Under the pieces are notes generated by a model, which saw only the letters and a list, made by a program, of their open reading frames with translations, made no database searches and was not told the origin of the DNA. The position numbers and the translations under genes are program-made. Below are positions 10,055 through 18,600 of a stretch of 64,000 nucleotides of DNA, piece after piece; the stretch's first letter is position 1; each line of letters opens with the position of its first letter. The DNA comes from an uncultured Lachnospiraceae bacterium (GTDB taxonomy: Bacteria; Bacillota; Clostridia; Lachnospirales; Lachnospiraceae), in assembly GCA_910585545.1 (NCBI GenBank), contig CAJUFN010000005.1, positions 28,954-92,953 on the forward strand, written 5' to 3'.

Positions 10055-10534
10055 CTAGTATCTAATTTCCAAATTCTTTTTTTGCGTGTCCCAGTTGCAA
10101 TTATCTTTTGCTTTACACAAAAAGCAGTTTCTGGATGCCTTGTCCGCATCATACAAAATTTCCGAAAGAGCAGAAGTCTTCAGCGGCTTTTTACGATGCT
10201 CTAAAATGGCCTTGAGAATGCCTTCTTTCTCTTCTTCTGTAAACTCTGTTTCTTCCAGAATTCTCTCCGCGATCACGGAGCTTGCCATCTCATGAGGCGT
10301 TCCTTCTTCATACTGCTGCCATTTTCCGATATCATGAAGCAATGCCGTCCCATATACCTGTGCCTTTGGTACATCATATCCTCGCTCCATAGAAAAGATA
10401 TAAGCAAGCCTGGCTACATCCAAAAAATGCTGCATGTCATGACAACAGAAAATCCTATCTTTCTCTGCTTTTTCAATCCGTTTTAAACACTCCTGATAAT
10501 GCGGATGTTCATATATTTTTGTAACTCTTTTCAT
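10055..10534 (-). CDS. HD-domain metal-dependent phosphohydrolase embedded in the folate operon
   Basis: The HD signature is present (CCHDMQHFLDVAR ... LLHDIGK). The protein is 159 aa and is tightly packed between folE and folP with 5-nt gaps. Confidence 0.7.
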   Translation of the reverse strand: MKRVTKIYEHPHYQECLKRIEKAEKDRIFCCHDMQHFLDVARLAYIFSMERGYDVPKAQVYGTALLHDIGKWQQYEEGTPHEMASSVIAERILEETEFTEEEKEGILKAILEHRKKPLKTSALSEILYDADKASRNCFLCKAKDNCNWDTQKKNLEIRY

Positions 10535-10539
10535 TTCTT

Positions 10540-11097
10540 TTAATCCTTTACCAGATTCAAGAACATATTCTGAAACTTTTCATCTTCTTTAAAAATCCCT
10601 CTAGTCACTACACTTACCGTCTTGCTTCCCGGTTTTTTGATTCCCCGCATGGTCATACACATGTGTTCGGCTTCTGCCATTACCATGACCCCTTTCGGTT
10701 TTAAATGTTCCATCAGTGCGTCTGCAATCTGTGCAGTCATCTGCTCTTGAAGCTGCAGTCTCCTTGCATAAACCTCTACGGTTCTTGCAAGTTTGCTAAG
10801 CCCTGCTACCCTTCCATCCGGTATATAAGCAATATGAACCTTTCCGAAAAACGGGAGCATGTGATGCTCGCACATGGAATAAAAAGTAATATCTTTTTCC
10901 AAAACCATCTCATTATTTTCTGCCGTAAACGTTTTTCCAAGATGTTCCCCTGCGTCTTCGTCCATACCGCTGCAGATTTCTTCATACATTTTTGCGATCC
11001 GCTTTGGTGTCTCCAACAATCCTTCTCTTTGTACGTCTTCTCCGATTCCTTCCAGCAAAAGACATACTGCCTGTTCTATTTTCTCTCTATCTACCAT
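10540..11097 (-). CDS. folE: GTP cyclohydrolase I
   Basis: Motifs [27 protein letters not shown] and [10 protein letters not shown] are present. The start is placed at MVDREK, which has the RBS GGAAAGGAAGG. Confidence 0.92.
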   Translation of the reverse strand: MVDREKIEQAVCLLLEGIGEDVQREGLLETPKRIAKMYEEICSGMDEDAGEHLGKTFTAENNEMVLEKDITFYSMCEHHMLPFFGKVHIAYIPDGRVAGLSKLARTVEVYARRLQLQEQMTAQIADALMEHLKPKGVMVMAEAEHMCMTMRGIKKPGSKTVSVVTRGIFKEDEKFQNMFLNLVKD

Positions 11098-12388
11098 CTT
11101 TGCCTTCCTTTCCACGTGTAAGGCGAATCACTTCGCCAAGATACGATAACGAACCAAACGCAAGAATCTCTTCCCTGTCTCCTGCACGTCCCTTTGCTTT
11201 TTCAAGAGCCTCCTGCACACTTCCAGCTGTTTCTGAATTCACGTGATATGCCTTAAGTACCTCTGATAGTTTTTCCTTCGCAAGTGAGCGCTCCTTATTC
11301 GGAAGCTCTATTGCATAAATATATTTGAAATATGGCGCTATGATTTCTATCATTTTTTCATATTCTTTATCTTTAAAAACCCCTAAGATTCCGATGATCT
11401 TCTTATCCGGAAAATAAGTCCTTATATTTTCCGTAAGCCTCTTTACTGCATCCACATTGTGGGCACCATCCGCAATGATAACCGGTTCTTTATTCACAAG
11501 CATAAATCTTCCGGGCCAGGAAGCATTCTTCAACCCTTTCCTGATTGCCCTGTCGCCTATTTTATATCCACATCTTTGCAATCGTTCGATCGCCTCGATT
11601 GCGGTAACCGCATTCTCCAGCTGATGTCTTCCAGAAAGTGAAATCTCAACATTTTTATATTGTTTATAAGAAAAACTCTGCCCTTCTAAAGTCTCCTCAT
11701 GAATGATGATGTTTTCTGGTTCTGCACTGAAAAAGCAGCACTCTTTTTCGTCTGCCTTCGCTTTTAAAATGGTAAATACTTCTTCTCTTTGCGGCGCAGA
11801 TATAACGTCTGCTCCCGTTTTTATAATTCCTGTCTTGTTCTTCGTAATCTCTTCCAAGGTATCTCCAAGAATTCCCATATGATCCATACTAATCGATGCA
11901 AACACGCATACCTTCGTATTTTTAATGATATTCGTTGCATCCAGAAGTCCTCCAAATCCTGCTTCCAATACAACAATATCGCATGCCTTTTCTTTAAAAT
12001 ATAAAAACGCTGCCGCCGTCTCTATCTCAAATACCGTAGGGGAAGGATTCCCCTTTTCTATGCTTCGCCTGGCGGCATTTTTCACCTTCTCTATGATAGC
12101 TCCAAGTTCATCCTCCGACATATATTTCCCATCAATCTGAAAACGCTCCAGATATTCCATGACGGTCGGAGAAATATATCTCCCTGTCCGATAACCTGCT
12201 TCTGTTAAAATACCGGAAATATAAGCAAGAATGGAACCCTTGCCATTCGTACCTGCTATATGTATAAATGTTAAATCATTCTGTGGATTTTCAAGCTCCT
12301 CCAATAAGCCTTTTATACTTTCCAAGCCAAGTACACTTCCGTATTTCGATACCTGATCCAAATATACCCTTGCTTCCTCGTATAACAT
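11087..12388 (-). CDS. folC: Bifunctional folylpolyglutamate synthase / dihydrofolate synthase
   Basis: It has a Mur-ligase-type P-loop ([11 protein letters not shown]), the ...DGAHN motif, and is 433 aa. Confidence 0.9.
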   Translation of the reverse strand: MLYEEARVYLDQVSKYGSVLGLESIKGLLEELENPQNDLTFIHIAGTNGKGSILAYISGILTEAGYRTGRYISPTVMEYLERFQIDGKYMSEDELGAIIEKVKNAARRSIEKGNPSPTVFEIETAAAFLYFKEKACDIVVLEAGFGGLLDATNIIKNTKVCVFASISMDHMGILGDTLEEITKNKTGIIKTGADVISAPQREEVFTILKAKADEKECCFFSAEPENIIIHEETLEGQSFSYKQYKNVEISLSGRHQLENAVTAIEAIERLQRCGYKIGDRAIRKGLKNASWPGRFMLVNKEPVIIADGAHNVDAVKRLTENIRTYFPDKKIIGILGVFKDKEYEKMIEIIAPYFKYIYAIELPNKERSLAKEKLSEVLKAYHVNSETAGSVQEALEKAKGRAGDREEILAFGSLSYLGEVIRLTRGKEGKDGR

Positions 12389-12438
12389 CCTTTTTGTCCT
12401 TTCTTAAATATCATCTTCTATATCTTAGCACAAGTACT

Positions 12439-12462
12439 AAAAAACGTCCACTGGACGTTTTT
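12439..12462. terminator. A-tract/stem/T-tract hairpin about 50 nt upstream of the folC start (bidirectional terminator or attenuator)
   Basis: The sequence is aaaaa-acgtcc-act-ggacgt-tttt. On the folC-sense strand it is followed by U6. A possible promoter, TGGACG-17-TAAGAT, overlaps the descending arm. Confidence 0.5.
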
Positions 12463-12935
12463 GTCGTATGTGATTGCCGCAGTGCGCATCCCGCGGAGCG
12501 TTTTATCTTATAGGAAAAGCTTTCCGCTTTAGCGTGACAAGGTATTTCCTATAAGAATCGGATAGGAGGATAATCATTAATTGATTATCCGTCCTTCCAC
12601 ACCACCTGGCATACAGTTCCGTACCAAGGCTGTTCCCTAGTTTTCATAGACTACTAGATAATAGTCCAGCATGGATGTATATCTTTAAGAAGCCGTCCTA
12701 CTACTTGCTTTCACAAGCTATGGACGGGGACGAAAAAGCGAGCGACCCACGCAGTGATCCGAGAGCGACTGTTGGAAAAGTTGCTTTGCCACAACCTATC
12801 CTCACAGAATAATAATACGTCCGCATGGTGCGGTTCTGCCCACAAGAATGGGAATAGTTGAGATACTAACGGAGCTTTCCAAAGCCGTCTGTCTGCTTGC
12901 AAAAAATGACACACAGTAAAGGGGGTGTATAGATT

Positions 12936-13139
12936 ATGAACAATACTGATGTGCCTATCTGATTGAAATATTCCTTAACTTTAGAAGAAGCTTCAAAATA
13001 TTTTAGAGTTGGCGAAAAGAAATTGCGTAGACTGGTAGAAGAAAATCCTGACGCTGACTGGTTCATTATGAATGGAAACCGTATTCAGATAAAGCGTAAA
13101 TCCTTTGAAAAATTCTTTGATACCTTGAATGTTATATAA
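12936..13139 (+). pseudogene. xis: Tn916-type excisionase (Xis) with an in-frame TGA at codon 9
   Basis: The translation [66 protein letters not shown] is collinear over 67 codons with Tn916 Xis as I remember it (..[47 protein letters not shown]..). The TGA at 12960-12962 sits where Tn916 Xis has Trp. The RBS aaaggggg lies upstream. Confidence 0.8.
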
Positions 13140-13217
13140 TGAAAACGGGCTTTGTATGTGGTATAATTAGAGTATCTCATATCGAAGCTCTTTCCGTTCT
13201 GAAAGGAGCGAAAAGCA

Positions 13218-13945
13218 ATGTCTGAAAAAAGACGGGAGATACGCATATAAATATGTAGACGCATTTGGAAAAACGTAGTTTGTGTACGCATGGAAACTTG
13301 TACCACCAGACAGAACACCAGCAGAAAAACGTGAGGATATTTCCTCACGGGAAAAAGAGCAAGAAATACGTCAAGACCTTAATGACGGTATAGACACCGC
13401 CGGAAAGAAAATGACGGTGTATGAGCTTTTTGAGAAGTATCTGAAACAACAGAGAAATGCAAGGCTGACTACACAAAATACTTATAGTTATTTGCTAGAA
13501 TTTTTGAAAAAGGACAAATTGGGAGCAAAGAGCAAGAAGAACAACTGCTGACCTATGTTCAAAGTGATGTATGCTACCAAAAGCATTATGATGAAATCAT
13601 AATTTTGTTACGGACTGGACTTCGTATTTCTGAATTTTGTGGACTGACAGTAAATGACTTGGATTTTAAGAATAGAATAATCAATATCGACCACCAGCTT
13701 ATCAAAGTATCGAAAATTGGTTATGTGGTGCAACCGCCAAAATCAGAAAATGGTATCAGACAGATACCTAGAATTACACCACACATCATGCGTCATACAT
13801 TCTGCACAAGATTAGCAAATGCAGGAATGAACCCAAAAGCATTACAATATGTTATGGGACATTCAATATAACTATCACGCTGAACCTTTATGCTCATGCT
13901 TCGCTGGAAACTGTAAAATCAGAATTACAGCGATTTGTAGCCTAG
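13218..13945 (+). pseudogene. int: Tn916-type tyrosine integrase, heavily decayed (internal deletions, stops and frameshifts)
   Basis: Fragments occur in several frames: MSEKRRE..., FVYAWKLVPPDRTPAEKREDISSREKE...GIDTAGKKMTVYELF...FLKKDKLGAKS, ILLRTGLRISEFCGLTVNDLDFKNRIINIDHQL...ITPHIMRHTFCTRLANAGMNPKALQYVMGHS, and LNLYAHASLETVKSELQRFVA. The remnant is about 730 bp, against about 1.2 kb for an intact gene. Confidence 0.85.
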
Positions 13946-14045
13946 TAGTAAAAGACAAAATACTACTGATTTACTACTTTTCAAAGCAGATTGAAGCGGA
14001 AATAAGCAGAGTTATGCAATGTATCAACCAATAGGAAAGTTAAAA

Positions 14046-14084
14046 AAGTCCGTAAATACGGGATATTCCAGCATTTACGGACTT
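14046..14084. repeat. Perfect 12-bp inverted repeat (hairpin) just beyond the int remnant
   Basis: The sequence is aagtccgtaaat-(15 nt)-atttacggactt, with an A-tract on the left side. It could be a leftward terminator or part of an element-end inverted repeat. Confidence 0.4.
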
Positions 14085-14300
14085 ATGGATAGATAATAGA
14101 AAAAGATTGAAGTAAATATAGTGTAATGTAGAAATGAGCGTGTTATAAGAAAGGAGAAATTTATGAATATGCAAGATACTAGTTAAGAAAATAACAAGAA
14201 GCGAATAATAGAATGTGATTGGAATTGTCAAAATTACAATCATACAATTTTACTATGAGAAAAATAATTTGTAAATCTATGAGGAAAAGGAGAGTTTTTA

Positions 14301-15365
14301 ATGAAAAATTTGAGTAAAATATTAATAGGCGGATTAGTATTGATTGGATCATTTATGTTAAGTGGAAAAGTTGAAGCAGCAGAATATAAGTACCCAGTTT
14401 ATCCAAATTCTCCAGAGTGGGAAGCAAGTACTCAAGATAGAGGAAATTTAAAGGCTATGTTGCAAATTCCACAAAATACTTTAAAAGAGTTATCTACAGA
14501 AGAACTCGTAAATGCAGTTTTAGAGTATCCATGTTTTAATGATATGTATTATTATGATTCTAAGCAAGAAGGATTTGAAGCAATGAAAAGTTCTTTTAAT
14601 GGAATAAATGAGTTGTTTCAAAGAAAAGATGCAGATAGTATTCTGTTAGAAAAATATGATGAGACTCAAAAAGAATTAAAGGACATTAGTAGTGACACGA
14701 AAGAATTTTCACAAGAAAATTATGAGTTGATTTGCAGAAAGTCTAATATAGAAGTTCTTTTAGCACAAGAAGAAGTAAAAGAAAATATGACAAATGAAGA
14801 ACGAAACAAATTGGATAATTTAATTGCAACATATAAATTAACAGAAGAAAAATCAGCAGATCAATTAACATATAAGCAAAATACATATTTTAAAATTACA
14901 GAAGAACAGATGACAAATAATATCGAAACTAGGGCATCTGTAAATACGCCAAAGGGAACTCCAGTATATGTATTTTCAAGAGGAGAGCAAATATCGTCTA
15001 CGGACAAATATTATATGCGTTTAGAGGTAGAACGAGATTTCCCTGGAACAATTATCGTGGGAGATGGGACAACTTGTTATAATTGTCATTCTTTTGCATG
15101 GTATTGGATGGATGTAAATAATAAATACTGGATGAATGATCCTTCTGCTTATATGACTGATGGAAGTTATAAAGAGGTAAGTCTTAATGGAAGAAAAATG
15201 AATGATAGAATTTGGTTTAGCAAAGTGCATTCAGCAGTAGAGACAGCTCCGGGAGATAAGAACGATATGTTGTCTAAATGGGGAGACTATCCGTTAGTGA
15301 GACATAGTTTAACAAATAATCCATATTATACGGCACCATTAATAATAAAAGCATATAGAAGATAA
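14301..15365 (+). CDS. Secreted hypothetical protein with a putative papain-like/NlpC-like Cys-His C-terminal domain
   Basis: The RBS is AAAGGAGAG, followed by a signal peptide MKNLSKILIGGLVLIGSFMLSGKVEAA. The C-terminus carries GTTCYNCHSFAWYW ... KVHSAV ... SKWGDYPLVRHS, which I read as candidate Cys and His catalytic residues. The region is very AT-rich. I recognise no family. Confidence 0.55.
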   Translation: MKNLSKILIGGLVLIGSFMLSGKVEAAEYKYPVYPNSPEWEASTQDRGNLKAMLQIPQNTLKELSTEELVNAVLEYPCFNDMYYYDSKQEGFEAMKSSFNGINELFQRKDADSILLEKYDETQKELKDISSDTKEFSQENYELICRKSNIEVLLAQEEVKENMTNEERNKLDNLIATYKLTEEKSADQLTYKQNTYFKITEEQMTNNIETRASVNTPKGTPVYVFSRGEQISSTDKYYMRLEVERDFPGTIIVGDGTTCYNCHSFAWYWMDVNNKYWMNDPSAYMTDGSYKEVSLNGRKMNDRIWFSKVHSAVETAPGDKNDMLSKWGDYPLVRHSLTNNPYYTAPLIIKAYRR

Positions 15366-15620
15366 TAGATATATTAATGAAAAATAAGAAGTAAAAATCA
15401 TAAGCAAAAAGAAGGATTTATGAAAAAATTGTATCGCTATTAGCAGTAGTTATACTTGTGATAAATGAGAATACAAATAATATAGTATTTGTAAGTCAAA
15501 ATAAGTACAATGAAAGCAATGCTGAGTTGGGAAATACAAAAAATTCTTATAAGAAAATTGGTCGTTAGAAGAAGTAATGAATCAATTAAGTGGTGGTTTA
15601 TTTATTGCTGACACAAAAAT

Positions 15621-15654
15621 ACGAGAGTAAAATCAAATACGATTTTACTCTCGT
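15621..15654. terminator. Bidirectional terminator hairpin between the 14301-15365 gene region and the GH84 gene
   Basis: The sequence acgagagtaaaatc-aaatac-gattttactctcgt forms a perfect 14-bp stem, with an A-rich tract on the left and a T-rich tract on the right. Confidence 0.7.
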
Positions 15655-15676
15655 GTTTTAAATCTTTTTTATACGT

Positions 15677-18600
15677 TTATTTTTTCTTCCAAGCAATGAT
15701 CGCTGCAAGAACTGCTGCAAGCCCTGTTGCTACAGGAATTGCTGCATTTGCACCGTCACCTGTCTTAGCTGCTGTATTACCAGCTTTCTTATTTGTTGTC
15801 GTGCTTGTTGTCTTGCCTCCTGTAGTATCAGAAGCTACTTTATCATCTGTCTTATCACCTGCTGCGACTTTATCATCGCCTTCTGACGGTGTTCCTGCAC
15901 TGACTTCCAGTCCCTCTACTGCTTTATTTAATGCGGCAACTGCTGCGTCTACACGATCTTGATCTGCAGTTTCATCTGCAAATATCTCATTCGCATACGC
16001 AAGCACTGCTTTTACTGCACTTGCAGTTTCTGCAGTGTAATTGCTAAGGTTGATTGCCTCAACATCTTTAATAAGATCTTTAAGAGCCTCCTTATTTGGC
16101 TTTTCTCTTAATCCGAAGATAGCCTGAAGCAATACGCTGTAGGCATCATCAATTTTTTGCTGTGTAATCTCTGCATCAGATAATGCTAATACTGCATTTG
16201 CTGCTTCAAGTGCTGTATTAAGGTCTTCTACTGAGATATATTTCTCTGCTTCTGCCGCATATCCTTCTCCCTGAACAACCAGTGCCTCTAGCTTAGCCTT
16301 GTTAACCGGGCGGCGTACGAGACCTTCTTTTGCTGCCATTAAAGCATCATAAGCATCTTTAATATCCCCTGCAAGAGCATTCTCGCCTAAGTCAAGTATT
16401 TCTTTTGCCTTTGCTAATGCATTCGCTAATGCGTTTGCACTTTCTTCTGTGTAAGCGTTCAAATCATATCCGTTTAATACTTCATATTCTGTTTTAAGAT
16501 CTGAACTGTCACCGCCGATGAAGCTTAACAAATGTACCTTCGCAAGAAGTACATCATATGCTGCATCTACTTCTGCCTGAGTTGCTGTCACATCTTCTTT
16601 CACATCATTTGCTGTATCAAGAGCCTCTTCAAATGCCGTTCTTACAGCAGGGATTACTGACGCATAATCCTCATTCTCCATCTGAGACTGTGCATATTCA
16701 ATCAGAGCTTCCAGATCCTCTTTATTACTTTCCACCGGTACTTCTTCGTAGATATCCGGCAACTCGATAGCTTCTTCTAATCCCATCACTTCTACTTCAT
16801 AGATTCTGGCAGCGCTGTCACCACCTTGAGTAGGGCGGTCAACGATCAATTTCACATATCTTGCCAGGCTTACTGGGAATGCATCTGTAGTCAGCCCTGC
16901 CTTATTGTCGGTTACACTAACAACCTCTTTATAGTTGGATCCATCTTCACTTACCTGAACGCGATATGCTTGTGTATTCAATCCGGAGCCTTCACCGCCG
17001 ATTTCGGCATGGGAGATCACGATACTTCCTACAGTAGCAACCTCTCCTAAATCAATCGTAAGCGTATGTGGACGATTGTATCCGGTTGCACACCATTTTG
17101 TAGAGCTAATACCATCAATAGCCTTTCCTGGGGCTTCTGATGCTCCCGTATAAGACGTTGCTGTAGCGTTTTTACCTAAGGCAACATTCGTAAAGGTCTT
17201 CGCTGCATCTTCGGAAACCGTAATCACATTTTCTTGCACAACCGTATCTTCACCCAGTTTGTTGCTTGCAACTAACTGAATCGTATAAATACCTTCTTGC
17301 GCATAGCTGATTACCGGATTTTCTTCTCTGCTTGTCTTAATATTTGCACCCTTCATTGTCCATTTCAAATTTGTAGAAGAGATAGAACTTGTATTTGTCA
17401 GCTGAATCTCTTGTCCTGGAACAACAAATGTATTGGAAACTGTAAATCCTGCTGTCGGATTTGGATCATAATCCAAAGCGTCTTTTACAAACTGTACTGC
17501 TGTTCCTTCAGAAACTAACTTTCCGGATGTCAATGAAGAAGCACTTCCTAAGGAACGTCTTAACTCAGCAACTCTTGCATCATCGCCTTCTCCAATCGCA
17601 ATAAATACTTCCAATGCTATTTTGTCTTTTTGACCCAATAATTTTAATTTATCAAGATTAGCGCTGCAGTGGCTTAACTGCTCTGCACTAAATTCTGCTT
17701 TTAATGTATCAGCAGCTAAAATCATGTTGTCAAACTCTTCTGTCAAAGCTGCAATCTCTGCACTTGCATCTTCACCCTTGGCAATTTTCTTAATAAATGT
17801 ATCCATCAAGGCTCTGACTTCCGGAGCATCTGCTCTACCTGTAGAAGCCCATCCTGCAACCAGACGAGAAGAATGGTTCGCAAATGTATACATATAAGGA
17901 GCTAAGTCTCCATAGAGTAAATCAATCGAATTCACAAAAGAGCGATCGTAATCATATTCTGCTGTATTCCATGCATAATCCGCACCTGTTGCAATTGAAA
18001 TCTTAGACAATTCAGCGTGCTCCATTGGGTTTACTACTAAGAAATCCAATTCATCAGCCAAGCCTTTTTCTAAGCCGTACACTGGTCCTAAACCTAATTT
18101 ATTTGTAATATAGTCCGTAACCGGATAGTTCCACCAGATACCGATACGTTCACCGTAGATGGATTTTACAAACTGTGCATTATCTACATTGATTCCTTCC
18201 GGTACAACTGCAGTACCAGTCCATAATACGCGGATTCCTTCCTCCAATGTCTCGGAGAAAGCTTTGGTATACTGATTTAATACCGGACCTGCACTCATTG
18301 CATTGGTATCATACTCTGTAGGTACCGTAATAAGCGGTGTTACATCCCCTTTTACTTTTACGAATTCCTGATTAAAACGGTTTAATAAAGCCGCCTGATT
18401 GGCACCGTCTTTATTAGAAATATCATCATAGAAAATAGCGTAGCTTCTCACGCCCATTTCATACATTGCTTCACATTTATTCATCAATGCCTGGAAGTCT
18501 GCTTCCCCTGCTTCTCCTGTAAACCGGATACTGTTTCCCGGAGATAATGCAAAAACAAAGTCTACTTTATTTTCCTTTGCCGTCTGAATCAATTCGTTCA

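Noticed and set aside
12463-12620. A THF-I riboswitch upstream of folC.
   Set aside because: It is expected on biological grounds. However, by eye I could not align the conserved THF elements (the GAGUAG..CGCGUU..GGGAUG..GCAUCCGC pseudoknot pattern) in the correct order on the folC-sense strand. I left it as an unresolved structured region pending a covariance-model search.
12482-12900. A possible ORF-less group II (IIC-like) intron. GTGCG at 12482 lies about 20 nt after a terminator hairpin, and a UACUAAC-like string occurs near 12865.
   Set aside because: I could not find a domain V helix (about 34 nt, with an AGC triad, a 2-nt bulge and a GNRA-type loop) or a domain VI with a bulged A. 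The candidate hairpins (AGCGAC...GUUGCU and CCGCA-UGG-UGCGG) are too short. The 5' pentamer alone is not informative.
14163-14186. A 7-codon mini-ORF (MNMQDTS) with a good RBS upstream of the secreted-protein gene, considered as a possible leader peptide.
   Set aside because: It is too short and unconserved to evaluate. No alternative-hairpin attenuator structure is visible around it. It is likely a chance ORF in AT-rich DNA.
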